The notes: generated from the sequence alone by a model not told the origin. A DNA stretch of 64,000 nucleotides from Octopus sinensis (GCF_006345805.1 NC_043008.1:66526001-66590000); one strand, 5' to 3'; numbered from the stretch's first letter, positions 13,000-26,553 are shown. Translations and numbers: made by a program.

Positions 13000-15366
13000 G
13001 TAAGTTCTTTCTAGTGTCTTTTATTCTGTAAATCGTTCAAATACAAACTACTAATCTTGTCTTACCTTTTATCCCTTCACCTCTCTCCTCTCCCATATTG
13101 GTTAGCGAACTGACTTGAGAGAGTAGGGAATAGGTGGTTCATGGAGTATAATTATGCAAGATCATCAGTAACTCAGACCCTACAGCACTTTGTATTCAAC
13201 ATCCTGTATGCGAGAGAGCATATATGTATATGAAAACTGTGTACATGCATGTGTGTTAAAAGATACTTACATGTGTGTGCAACCCTTCAGCATTTAAACT
13301 GGAAATATCTTACCCATATCTATTCTGTTTTATGTTCAAACTGATCAGATCCAGTGCTCATACATGCTCTATAATGTCATTCTAATAGTTAGCAGTAACA
13401 TGATCAAAATCTCAAGCTATGTGATAATGCATGATTAAGTCAAATCAGTGAGAATAAGTAAGCATTGCATTGGATAATCTGAATGCTAAAGGGTTAAAAA
13501 TGACTTTGTGATCATACATATTAAGGATTCTCCTGTTGTACAAGATAAAGGAGTGGTCCTCAACTTCTTACTTAACAACCTACACAGATGATTTCTTTTA
13601 TAGCAATCATTCCCTTCATCAATGTGAGATGAAGTGCTTTGCTCAAGAACACAATACACCCAGTCTAGGAATTGAAACCACTATTTTGTGATCATGAGTG
13701 CAGCACTCTAACCACTAGGCCACACACCCTCACTAAACACACAAACACACACACAAATGTATGCATGTGTGTGTGTGATATTTGTATTCATTCTTCTCCA
13801 TGTGATGCAGTAAACAGTTTGAAAGTAATTGGACCTGAGGATTAGCTTAACTGCTTTTGTATTTGTTACAAGTTATGTAAGACATAAAGTTTAGCTCAGA
13901 AACATATGTAGTCTTTATCTACCTTTGCCATTCGTTACATTTTTGATTTTTATTTATATATTTACCATTTTTTGTGGCTAAACCATTAGTTGTGTGGTGA
14001 CTGTCAACTTATTGAAATTTCTACTGATTTTGATATAGGACGAAGTGTATAAAACACAACAATTATTAAACTTTCTTTATCGTATATTATCCACTTTTTG
14101 TCATCTATATAAGCTGTCTACATGCTTGATGCTTACTAAGTTCCTGACCCAGACCTTTTTGGATTATACTACCCTATAATAATATATGAAAGTAAAGATG
14201 TGTAAGTGGTATGCCACTTACTTAGATCAACTTTGCTTTCATCATATCAGGGCTGATAAAGTACAAATTCGATAATAAGTCTCTCTCTCTCTCTCTTCTT
14301 TTTATCTTTCTTTCTCTCTTTCTGGAATAAATTAGTTTGGTCAAGTCTAGGGAGAGATGAGCCATAGCAGGTCAAATAGTGATCAAAAAACACTGGCTGT
14401 TATTACATGACTATTATGATGCTTCAGGAGTTGTGGGCCTGAGGCAAGAGAGGGTTTTATTTGTGTGTGCACGTGTACGTGTGTGTGTATTTGTATTTTT
14501 ATATCAACACAAACACATGTATATATATATATATGTTTAAACATACAAGAGTTATGTATATATAATGTTACTACTGTTTTGATGTTCTCCATTCTGAAAC
14601 TTCAACATAGAATGAACCAGTTCTATGTATTATCTCAGTGATTTTTGTGGTGTGATGCCAGAGCACTCCCACCCCTGCTTAGCCTTCTTAACCCCAACAA
14701 CCTCTGAGATTATCTGTCTATGTATGCATACTTGTGTGCAGGTATATGTGTGTGTGTTATGTGCAGTAATAAAGATCTACCTATACAAACTGTTCAGAAT
14801 AAACAAACCATGACGATTTATTAATTTCATCAAGCTAGGAGGAGGAGGAGACAAAGGAGAAGGAGGAGGGAGAGAAAGCTTCCCACCCTCCTTCCTTTCT
14901 CATGATTGTCTTCACTTCTGTATTAATTGTATTACTTTCCATCCACAGTTTGTTCATAACTCATTTTAATTAGTGTTTGCTTGTGGATGTGAGGCCAAAA
15001 TGACTGACACGTTTTGATGATGATGATGATGATGATGGTGATGGTGATGAGGAGGAGGGGGATCATGAGTGAGGATGATAATGATTGAGGTTTATGGTGG
15101 TGGAAATTGTTATTTATTATCATTTGGTAGATTCATCATTCAGAACATCAGACAATTAAAATTAGTGGTGTTTCTTCCAACCCATTACATTCTAAGTTCA
15201 AATCCTGCAAGGTCAACGTTGTCCCTTTTTTTTTTTTTTTTTTTACTCATTTGAAGTGTTAAAAGAGTACCCATCAGTTCGTAGAGATTGATGTAATCAA
15301 CTTCCCCATACCTTTTTGAAGTTACTAGATATGTGCCAAAATTAGAACAAATTATTATTATTATTG

Positions 15367-15610
15367 TGACACGTAAAAAGCACCATCCGACCGTGGCCGT
15401 TTGCCAGCCTCATCTGGCACCTGTGTCGGTGGCACGTAAAAAGCACCCACTACACTCACAGAGTGGTTGATGTTAGGAAGGGCATCCAGCCGTAGAAACA
15501 TTGCCAGATCAGACTGAGCCTGGTGCAGCCTTCTGGCTTCCCAGACCCCAGTTGAACCGTCCAACCCATGCTAGCATGGAAAGCGGACGCTAAATGATGA
15601 TGATGATGAT
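15367..15610 (+). mobile_element. RTE LINE 3' UTR fragment (or RTE-tailed SINE) ending in (GAT)n/(ATT)n
   Basis: ggcacgtaaaaagcaccc...ttaggaagggcatccagccgtagaaac...gtccaacccatgctagcatggaaa; the same motif follows RTE ORF ends at 23215-24720 and 59950-60325. Confidence 0.75.
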
Positions 15611-15615
15611 TATTA

Positions 15616-15676
<61 letters not shown>

Positions 15677-17039
15677 GGCAGTGAGCAGGCAAAATGCTTA
15701 ATGGCATTTTGTCCGTCTTTCCTTTGAGTTCAAATTCCACTGTGATTGACTTTGTCTTTCATCCTTTTGTTTGTTCCTTCTTGAGCCATGCCTGGCTCAT
15801 TAGGTCCGGTTTCCCAGTTTCCTTGGTGTATAGGTTCCCCACCTGGATGGGACGCTCAGGTGGGGGACCTATACGCCAAGGAAACTGGGAAACCAGCCCT
15901 GATGATATTGTGAGCTGATTCAGCAGCTTTTCGGCCTAGCTTGAACTGGAATAAGAAAATTGTGCGAATTTGCTTTTTGCCCATGTTATATTTATATTCA
16001 ACATTCCGGAAAAAAATGGCCTAATTATTCAAAAAGAAAAAGAGTAACACGATTAGATAGAGCGAAAAATGGGCTTTAACATGATATATAAAGTCAAAGT
16101 AATTTTACGATAATTAATTTGAAAATACATCATTTAAAACCAAAATTTTAAATTCGACAAGAACTTTCTTGACAACCTAATATAAATATTTGTGTGTATG
16201 TGTGTGTGTGTGTGCATGTCTGTGTTTGTCTCCTATCATCGCTTGGCAACTGGTGTTGAATTGTGTATGTCCCTTATAACTTAGTGGCTTGGCTAAGGAA
16301 TAAGTCCCAGGCTTAAAATAAAAAGTACTGGCGTTGATTCATTAAGCTAAAATTCAAAGCAATGCTCCAGCATGGCCACAGTCTGATGACTGAAACAAGT
16401 AAAACATACTGTTGTTGTTGTTGCTCTTATTATTTACCAACAGAAAACAATTTCTGTCTTTCACTGTCTCCTCTCCTTCCCAGTTTGCCTTCAAAATTGA
16501 GTCATTAAGGGGTTCAGTTACTCAGACATAACAAAGCCTCTCAGCCCTACCCCTACTTCTACTTTACCAGTTCTGTCTGTTTCCCTCCAACATAACTGAC
16601 ACACGCCTCCAAACTTGTCCCCTGTAACCCTATCTGCCATGACCCACTCCACATCATCAACTCCTTTAAATCGCTTTCAGGTGAAAAGGGAGATCAATAT
16701 TTGTGACTCAATTATATAATTATATAATTTGTATTAATTTCCTCAATCAGAAGGTGTGTGTGTGTATGTGTGTGCATACACCAACTACTTGATTGAGGAA
16801 GCAAATACAGATTGAACTCCCCCACCCCCCACCCAGACAAACACACAGTCTTTCTTCAGTGTCTCTCTTCCTCAACACTAATATTACCTGACCCCCCCAC
16901 CATTACCACCACCACCACCACTACAGCTAAATCTACTCATTTGTTTACATACACCCGGAAAGTGATTACAAGTTTTCTTTTGAAATTCCTTCTACGTGCC
17001 TTCTGTCTTTCCTCCTCCTTCTCCTCTCCCTCCTCCTTA

Positions 17040-17270
17040 TCATCATCATCATCATCATCATTATTATTATTATTATTACCATTATTATCATTATTACCAT
17101 TATTATCATTATTACCATTATTATTATTATTATCATTGTTGTTATTATTATTATTATTATTATTATCATTATTATTATTATTATCATTATTAATATTATT
17201 ATTGTCATTATTATTATTATTATTATTATTATAATTATTATTATTATTATCATCATCATTATTATCATTC
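17040..17270. repeat. Compound (ATT)n/(ATC)n microsatellite
   Basis: Direct reading; source of the spurious poly-L, poly-I and poly-Y ORFs. Confidence 0.95.
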
Positions 17271-17554
17271 TTCGGACAGTGGAGTTCCTCAATTATCCCT
17301 AGAGGACTTCCTGTATGAGGAGGACCACATCTCTATCATCCTCCTCCCCACCCTTTTTTTAAAGCCTTTGTATGTTATGAACATGTCCCTTCTTTTTCAG
17401 TGTATACCATATATACTTACTTTCTTTTTTTTTTTCATTTCATTATATGTAAACCCCCTACACACACACACTTTATGTCTGTATTGTGTCCCCCCCCCTC
17501 GTCCTTTGCCCTTGTGGCAAATAAATGAAATTATCATTATTATTATTGTCATTA

Positions 17555-17765
17555 AGGCAGTGAGTTGGCAGAATCACTAACACGCCAGGCAAAACGCTTA
17601 GCAATATTTCGTTTGTCATTACGTTCTGAGTTCAGATTCTGGTGAGGTCAACTTTGCCTTCCGTCCTTTCGGGGTCAATAAAACAAGCACCAGTTGAGCA
17701 CTTGGGTTGATGCAATTGATTTACCCACTCCCTCAAATTTTAGGCTGTGTGCCTATAGCAGAAAG
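17555..17765 (+). mobile_element. tRNA-derived SINE family B (Deu-domain-like)
   Basis: ggcagtgagttggcagaatc...gttctgagttcagattc...gcctt(cc/tc)tcctttcggggtcaataaa; partial copies at about 15675, 17825, 19550, 44800, 45840, 50260 and 56970. Confidence 0.7.
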
Positions 17766-18020
17766 GATTATTATCATCATCATTATCATTAATATTATTA
17801 TCATTATTTTTATTATTATAATCATTATTATTATTATTATTAAGGTGACGAGCTGCAGAATCGTTAGCATGCTGGATGAAATACTTGGCAGTATTTCACC
17901 CATTGCTACATTCTGAGTTCAAATCTCACCAGATCATAAAGATGAGAGATCATTAGACAGAAACTTAATATGAACATAATGGACAGATGAGATGCAAATG
18001 TAGATATTATATATTAAACA

Positions 18021-18098
18021 AATAATTGCAGAGGTATCAAGTTGTTGGTTCAGGTAATGAAGGTCATGGAGAGGGTCATAGCCCAACAGTTGAGGCAA
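18021..18098 (+). mobile_element. RTE LINE RT fragment
   Basis: NNCRGIKLLVQVMKVMERVIAQQLR resembles the NYRGIKL...MKxxERxI motif of RTE reverse transcriptases. Confidence 0.65.
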
Positions 18099-18169
18099 AT
18101 GAAATCGAAATCAAATTTGATGAATAACATCCATACTAGTGAAGCGCTAAGACTACCATATGAGTGTGA

Positions 18170-18585
18170 TCGTTGCCATAGCAACAGACTGGCCTCCGTA
18201 CCAGTGGTACATAAAAAGCACCATTCGGGCGTGATCATTACCTGCGTCACCTTACTGCCACTTGTACTGGTGGCACGTGAAAAAACATTTGAGCGAGGTC
18301 GGTGCCAGTGCCACTGGACTGGCTTCTGTGCAGGTGGCACATAAAAAGCAACATTTGAGTGTGGCTATTGCCAGTACTGCCTGACTGGCCCTCATGCTGG
18401 TAGCACGTAAGAGCACACACTATACTCTCGGAGTGGTTGGCTTTAGGAAGGGCATCCAGCTGTAGAAACTCTGCCAGATCAGATTGGAGTCTGGTGCAAC
18501 CATCTGGTTCGCCAAAGCTCAGTCAAATTGTCCAACCCATGCTAGCATGGAAAGCGGACGTTAAACGATGATGATGATCATGATA
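18170..18585 (+). mobile_element. RTE 3' UTR-type repeat, extended copy
   Basis: Several ggcac(g/a)taaaaagca motifs followed by the ttaggaagggcatccagctgtagaaac tail. Confidence 0.7.
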
Positions 18586-19670
18586 TACACCTTCCAGTTC
18601 ACTTTTTATACATATATATATTTTTATGCCTGTTTTGTTTGGGCAAACTTTTTTTAGAAGAGTGCTTTGTCACTTGTTACAGTTATTTTTATTTGTTATA
18701 CACACATACACTTAAATAGACAGATAATTTGTTTACATTGGTGGGACTTGAACTAGATAAAACAATAAACAATAATGTGTAAATACTGGGTTAAAAACCC
18801 CTTTTGTAAACATGACAGATATTTTACCATTTGATCAAAGCAATCTTTCACATTTCTCCATCCATCTTAAAAGTTTTGTTCTTGCCAGCAAAAAATTGTA
18901 TCTTGTTTTTAACCCAATGTTTATATGCTGTTAATTATTGCTTTATTTACTTTGAGTTCCACTGATGTAAACAAATTATTTCATATTAATGACTTGTAAG
19001 GACACTGTATTTTGTTACACAACCGTAATATACTACAAAGTATATAAAACATTTTTATAAGTCAATACCATGTTCTACTGTGTTAGCAGTGCTTTACATC
19101 ACTTGGTAAGGTTATCCCTACAAATTTCCCATTTTTCATCTTTGATTTCATTGTTTGTTAACATCTAGCATCTTGCACATGAAATGTCATAACAAAATCG
19201 GTGCTGGCTATAATTTCTATAGAATATCATTATTATCATCAATATCATTTAACATCTGCTGTTCATGTGGACATTAAATGATGTTGATGATGATATCATC
19301 TTGGGGATAACCTTAACAACTGATGAAGGAGCACTGCTAACACAGTAGATGGTATTGACTTATAAAAAAGTTTCATATACTCTTTTATTTGTTTCAATCA
19401 TTTGACTGTGGCCATGCTGGAGCACCGCCTTTAGTTGAGCAAATCAACCCCAAGACTTATTCTTTGTAAGCCTAGTACTTATTCTATCGGTCACTTTTGT
19501 TGAACTGCTAAGGAGAGTACAAGTGAATTTCATTGACTCCATTATTTGACTGGTACTTTATTTTATTGATCCTGAAAGGATGAAAGGTAGCTGTGACCTC
19601 GGTAGAATTTGATCTCAGAACATAAAGAATCAGAAGAAATGCCACTAAATTTTTTGCCCAATAGCTAACA

Positions 19671-19954
19671 TTATGTACAATTAACAGATATTTGTCCTCA
19701 TCTTGTTTGTTGTTTGCACAACGTTTCGGCTGATATACCCTTTAGCCTTCATCAGGTGTCTTGGGGAAATTTCGAACCTGGGTTCTCATTCCTAAGGTAT
19801 TTTTCGATGTTGTTATGATTATTATTATTATTCAGGTCACTGCCTGAAATTGAACTCGAAATCTTGGGGTTAGTAGCCCGCGCTCTTAACCACTATGCCA
19901 TATACCTTTCAATTGTAAATAATATAAATAATTCCTCATCTCTTAAATGTAGAA
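19671..19954 (-). mobile_element. tRNA-headed SINE-like element carrying a hammerhead ribozyme, flanked by a 13-bp TSD
   Basis: Minus strand: tRNA-like head (tatggcatagtggttaagagcgcgggct...tcgagttcaattt), (AAT)n, then the HHR motif. Direct repeat CCAATAGCTAACA at 19658-19670 and 19955-19967; the insertion splits a family B SINE. Confidence 0.75.
19716..19760 (-). ncRNA. Minimal type I hammerhead ribozyme motif
   Basis: Minus strand gaCAC-CUGAUGA-a-GGCU-aaagggtatatc-AGCC-GAAA-CG-U-U-GUG: stem I CAC/GUG, stem II GGCU/AGCC, palindromic stem III ACGU, cleavage triplet GUU. Confidence 0.7.
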
Positions 19955-20182
19955 CCAATAGCTAACAATTCTACCTGCTCACTAGTTTTTATATACACAC
20001 ACACACACACACACATATTGATTATATATGTTGTATATGTATATATGCATATATACGCGTTTGTGTATGTATTTGTGCATATATATATACACACACATAT
20101 GCATATTTACATAAATATCCACACATTTATTGATATATATGTGTGTGGGTATATATATGTATGCATACATACTTACACATAC

Positions 20183-20252
<70 letters not shown>

Positions 20253-23214
20253 GTGTATAATTTCTTCCTGCTAATTATACCATATGTTAATCATAATTAT
20301 AGATTTGCTATTTCCTGTCATACAAAACATGTTACCTGCCAGTTATAGAGATCTGTCTTGTCACTCACTCTCCCTCACACACTCTCTCTCTCTCTTTCTC
20401 TCCCTCTCCCTTGCTCATCTCTCTGTCTTCCTTTTTCTTTGAGAATATCTTAGGTTAGTAGCTTTAGGCTGGATGTGTTGGAGAAGTCTAGAGTACACCC
20501 ACCACCCCGTCACCTCGTGCATTAAGCAGGTTGGGGTGGGGGAGGTGGTGGCAGCGGGAGAAGCGGGTGGGGTTAGAGTTGTTTGTTGTTAAATTCTTTG
20601 TTTACATTTCTTCTGCGAAGTTTTTTTTCAATATCATATTCCCACCCCAGTTCTTGTTAGATACAGTGAAACAGATGTATGACGAATAAGAATTTGTCAC
20701 ATTCATGCCTTTCCAAAGTTATAATAATTATCATAATATCCCAAGTGTGGCTGTGCGATAGGAAATTTTCTATTATTTTCTAAGTATTTTCTATTATTGC
20801 CTCGGGCTAGCCAAAATCTTGGGAGTGTATTTGGTAGACAGAAACTGAAAGAAGCCCATCATGTTTGATTATATGTTTGTCCTCACACACATACACACTC
20901 ACACACACACACACACACACACTGCTTGACAACTCTACTGCATGGCATTGTAAGCAAGTTCTTTTTGCTTTTTTTATACCAAAGCTTTGAGTTAGCCCAT
21001 GCCTTGTGAATGAAATTGAATAGATGGAGATTGTGGGGAAGCCTGATAGATGTATTGCAGCTGTAATTTAAAGTCCAGTCTAGTTACACACTATGCTATG
21101 TGAAGCTACCTAATGTTTACATCAAGGATACAGTATCTGTGGTACTTACTCTATCAGGATTTTCTTGCCAGAATGCTAAGTTACAGGGACGTAAACACCC
21201 CAACACCAGTTTTCAAGCAGTGGTAGGGGACAAATACAGACACAAAGACACATACACACATATACATATTTATGTACATATACACACCCATTTACACAAT
21301 GGGCTTCTTTCAGTTTCCATCTACCATGAGGCTTTGGTTGGCCCAAGGCTATAATAGAGGACACTTGCCCACGGTGCCACACAGTGGCAAGCTTCTTGTC
21401 ACAGAACCACATCTGGTGGCTGGAATTATTAGTAAAACATCAGATGGGATCTGTAATTGTATAAAGCACATATAAGATTGTACACTAGGCACAATCCTAT
21501 TTTATGTTCTGTTTAACCACATACAATAATGTGGTGTTGTACCAAGTGCAGTGGAATAAACACAATCCTATTTTGTTCATGGACTGCTATGTATAATCCG
21601 ATGGAGTCCTGTACAATCTCACCTGTGAGGTGTACTAAAGATAGAAGAGACATCGTCCTATTTTGTGTGAGAACTGCTATGTATAACCTAGTACAGTCCA
21701 TTACGACCACATACAACCATGTGGTGTATCAAGTATATCATAACAGACTGAAAGCTTGTCAGCTGGATGTGACAACAGACAGGAGCTAATTGAGATTTTT
21801 TTTTCATAATCAATAATCAATAAAAGGTAAAAAAAAGTAAATAAACAAACATGAAAGTATATTAGAAAGTTCTGGCGACCCAGACTATGAAATGAGTAGA
21901 GAAGTTATTAGTGAATGTGAGTGGAGTGATGCAGTGGCCATGTGGAGTGGTTAATATAATGAATTGGGGTGGTGGATAATGTTGCGAAACTATTTGTTAT
22001 CACAGTGTGGTATCTAGTGGAGATGAGTTGTAATAGTAGTGGTGTTATGTGTGGACGTTCTGAGTTCAAATTCTGTCTTTCATCTATACAAGGTTCATAA
22101 GTACTAGACGAACACTAGTGCCAGGTTAATTAACTTAGCCCTTCTCCCAAACCTGCTGGCCTTGTGCTAAAATTTGAAACAAATAGTAGTGGCGGCGGTG
22201 GTGGTGGTTGCTTGTTGTTAACCTATATTATCAAAGATATTCCACCTGTGCCCATCTTGTATGTTTCCCATGTGTAAGAAATACATGATCACATTATCCA
22301 ATATGTCTTTTTCTTAGTGGAAGGGTGAGGTGGGGGGGTATGTGATTTGAAAGAGATATTATTGTTATTTCTAGCAGATCAAATGATCACATAGAGGCTT
22401 TCTCATGGCTCATTCATGTTAAACATTTTTTAGTGTTGTGTGATGTCCTATTGTGTTGTTGTTTATTAAATCTCAGGTCAGCCTTGATTCAATGTGTAGG
22501 TAATCTAGAACATTCCAACCATGACCATCCATTTTTTTTCTTCATTTCTTTTTAGCAACAGTATTCCTTAACATTATCTATTGACCTTTTTTCAGACTGC
22601 TGGGTGTTATTCGAAGGAGATTTAGTTGCTATTTCTAGCAAATTAGGTGATCACCTAGAGGTTCTGGAATTGCTGGACCTGTTAGATATCTTTTATCTCT
22701 TATTTTGGTCATCAGACTGTAGCCATCCTGGGGCAACACCTTGAAGGGTTTTTAACTGAACGAATAAACTCCCAGCTCTTGTTCTGTTTGTCTCTTATAC
22801 TGAACTGTTAAGTTACAGGAACATAAACAAACAAACTCCAGTTAATAGTGGTAGTGGGGAGACAGACACAATCACATGAGTGCATAATTCATAGATATAT
22901 AATTATGTATATACACAACAGGCTTCTTTCAGTTTCCATCTACCAAATCTATTCCAATGCTTTGGTCATACTGAAGTTACAGTAGAAGACACTTGTCCAA
23001 GGTATCATGCACTGGGTCTGAACCCGGAACCATTTGACTGGGAAGCAAATTTCTTACCACACAGCCATGCTAGGTACTAATGTTGTGTAATGACAGTGAT
23101 GGTATGTATGGTGTATGATGATGATGGTAATGATTGCTTGCTATTGGGGGATGCTTTTTAATTGTATGTTGTGAGATGGTATGTAATGGTTTGAAATGGT
23201 ATGGTGTGTTGTCA

Positions 23215-24720
23215 TCATCATTATCCTTTAATGTTTGTTTTCCATGCTGTCATGGGTTGGACAGTTTGACAAGAGTTGACCAGCTGGAGAGCTGCATTCG
23301 TCTGTTTTAGCATAGTTTCTATGGTTGGATGCCCTTCCTCATGCCAACCACTTTACAGAATGTACTGGGTGCTTTTTGTGTGACACTGACATGGGTACTT
23401 TTATGCGGCTCCAGCACAGGCATTTTAATGTGGCACCAGCACAGGCATTTTAATGTGGCACCAACACAGGCATTTTAATGTGGCACCAGCATAGGCATTT
23501 TAATGTGGCACCAACACAGGCATTTTAATGTAGCACCAGCACAGGCATTTTAATGTAGCACCAGCACAGGCATTTTAATGTGGCATCAACACAGGCATTT
23601 TAATGTGGCACCAACACAGGCATTTTAATGTGGCACCAACACAGGCATTTTAATGTGGCACCAACACAGGCATTTTAATGTAGCACCAGCACAGGCATTT
23701 TAATGTGGCATCAACACAGGCATTTTAATGTGGCACCAACACAGGCATTTTAATGTGGCACCAACACAGGCATTTTAATGTAGCACCAGCACAGGCATTT
23801 TAATGTGGCACCAACACAGGCATTTTAATGTGGCACCAACACAGGCATTTTAATGTGGCACCAACACAGGCATTTTAATGTAGCACCAGCACAGGCATTT
23901 TAATGTGGCATCAACACAGGCATTTTAATGTGGCACCAGCACAGGCATTTTAATGTGGCACCAACACAGGCATTTTAATGTGGCACCAACACAGGCATTT
24001 TAATGTAGCACCAGCACAGGCATTTTAATGTGGCATCAACACAGGCATTTTAATGTGGCACCAGCACAGGCATTTTAATGTGGCACCAACACAGGCATTT
24101 TAATGTGGCACCAACACAGGCATTTTAATGTGGCACCAACACAGGCATTTTAATGTGGCACCAGCACAGGCATTTTAATGTGGTGCCAGCACAGGCATTT
24201 GCATGTGGCACCAGCACATGCATTTTAATGTGGCACCAGCACAGGCATTTTAATGTGGCACCAGCACAGGCATTTTAATGTGGCACCAGCACAGGCATTT
24301 TAATGTGGCACCAGCACAGGCATTTTAATGTGGCACCAGCACAGGCATTTTAATGTGGCACCAGCACAGGCATTTTAATGTGGCACCAGAACAGGCATTT
24401 TAATGTGGCACCAGCACAGGCATTTTAATGCGGGCACCAGCACCCACAAACCCACAAGACAAGGATCTCTCAGCTGAGAAAGGGATGTAGAAGACATGCC
24501 TATATGAAGGACAGCTACTATCTTACTTAGCTTGGACATGTCTTCTCAGACATAGCAAACCACCAGAAGTCTTGGTCTTCCTCATCATCTTCTTTGTGAA
24601 GCCCAACACCTGAAGATCCTTTCTCTCCACTTCATCCCACATCTTCCTGAGTCTACCCCTTCCACAAATTCCCTCCACAATTAGAGATCAGCATTTCTTG
24701 ATGCAGCATGTAATGGTATG
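23215..24720 (-). mobile_element. 3' end of an RTE (BovB-like) LINE, ORF end plus 3' UTR, with internal minisatellite
   Basis: Minus strand 24720-24520 gives degenerate WDEVxRKDLQVLGFTK...EKTC; then the UTR, the 25-bp array, and the aggaagggcatcc...tgtccaacccatg tail ending in (GAT)n near 23215. Confidence 0.75.
23411..24440. repeat. 25-bp minisatellite, about 41 head-to-tail copies
   Basis: Unit ccagcacaggcattttaatgtggca, exact 25-bp period from 23411 to 24411, substitution variants only (cagc/caac, tggc/tagc, cacc/catc). Confidence 0.97.
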
Positions 24721-24849
24721 GCATGGTATGAAATGGTATGTGTGTGGTGATGGTAATGATGGTATGCTTTGGTATTCTGCATAATGTTAGACATAAGGTG
24801 ATGCTAGTGTATTCTATAGGTAATCATGTCATTGTTGATGATGGTAATG

Positions 24850-25800
24850 ATGGTGGTGGTGGTGGTAGTGCCCATGGGGATTTTGTCCTGCTTGTTGTTG
24901 TTGTTGTTATTTAGTACCTCAATACTTATTCTTAACAGCCACAAAGTCTGTTACTTAAGTTTTGTTGTTGTTGTTGTTGTTATTTAAATTGATAGAAGAT
25001 AATCTATATGACAGTTGTAGTGTTGGTGGCGACGGTGACAGAAACAATCCCGAGTAGTAGTATTAGTAGGAGGAGGAGCAGCAACAATTCTAAGTAGGCT
25101 ACTGGTGTGGAGGGGGTTAGTAGTGGTAACAATACTAAGTGGGTCGGTAGGTTGTGGGAAGGAGGTGGAAGTGACAGGTGGTGGTGGTGGTGAAGGTGAA
25201 GCAACATCTGAGGGTGGTGGCTTTGGTTGTGATAGTGGTGGTGGTAGTGAGAGGGCAACATCTCTGAGTGGTGGTATTGGCGGTGGTGGTGGTGGTGGTG
25301 GTGGTGGTAGTGCCCATGGGGATTTTGTCCTGCTTGTTGTTGTTGTTGTTATTTAGTACCTCAATACTTATTCTTAACAGCCACAAAGTCTGTTACTTAA
25401 GTTTTGTTGTTGTTGTTGTTGTTATTTAAATTGATAGAAGATAATCTATATGACAGTTGTAGTGTTGGTGGCGACGGTGACAGAAACAATCCCGAGTAGT
25501 AGTAGTAGTAGTAGTAGTAGGAGGAGGAGGAGGAGGAGCAACAATTCTAAGTAGGCTACTGGTGTGGAGGGGGTTAGTAGTGGTAACAATTCTAAGTGGG
25601 TCGGTAGGTTGTGGGAAAGAGGTGGAAGTGACAGGTGGTGGTGGTGGTGGTGAAGGTGAAGCAACATCTGAGGGTGGTGGCTTTCGTTGTGATAGTGGTG
25701 GTGGTAGTGAGAGGGCAACATCTCTCTGAGTGGTGGTATTGGTGGTGGTGGTGGTGGTAGTGAGAGGGCAACATCTCTCTGAGTGGTGGTATTGGAGGTG
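24850..25800. repeat. Tandem duplication of a ~442-bp GGT/AGT-rich block plus an extra short terminal copy
   Basis: cccatgggga at 24871 and 25313; copies differ by a few SNPs and by microsatellite length. Confidence 0.9.
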
Positions 25801-26399
25801 GTGGTGGTGGTGATGGTAGTGAAAACACTACAAAGTTGTGATGAGTGGTGTTAGTAACATCTTGGACTAGTATTAGTAAAAGTGGTGGGTGTGTGGTGGT
25901 GGGGGATGATAGCATCATAAGGTGGTGAACTGGTGTACATCACCTCTAGAAGCACATTAAAGGAGGAGGAGGAGGAAGGACATAGTGTGTGTGAGTGTGT
26001 GTACATGTGTGCATGATTCTCTTCTAAATGTGTGTCTGTATATAATCGTTGGTTGTCAGCTGTCACAAGGTGTATATGCTTAAACACTCACACATACACA
26101 TGTGTTCTTCTGTGTTTGTGTGTGTGGATGTTTGTGAATTTGTGTGTAACTCAGGTTTTAGCCATAATTCACTCAGGCCGTACATATACACATGCACAAG
26201 CATATATATATATATATATATATATACAAATTGAGATAGGGGTTGTAAATGCAACCCTCCATGGGATAACATATATCCAATATACTGCTAGTGAAGTACC
26301 CAACAAAGTTAATACATAAATGTTAATGATTGCGATGCAATTAATTCATTTACTGTATTATATGGGCAAAGGTAAAATTATTTTTACCATTAATTACTA

Positions 26400-26523
26400 A
26401 TACAAGATAAGAAAATGGAGAAATACATCTAAATCAAATATCAATTACCAGATAATACTCAATCACATACTTTATTAAACCACCACATAAGAGACTGTAG
26501 TTCTCCATTTTCTTATCTTGTAT
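26400..26523. repeat. 23-bp inverted repeat with ~78-nt spacer abutting (TA)n
   Basis: atacaagataagaaaatggagaa versus ttctccattttcttatcttgtat. Confidence 0.85.
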
Positions 26524-26553
26524 ATATATATATATATATATATAGATAGATAG

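Noticed and set aside
23411-24440. CRISPR-like periodic array
   Set aside because: Units are head-to-tail with no unique spacers, there are no cas genes, the context is eukaryotic, and the unit derives from an RTE UTR motif.
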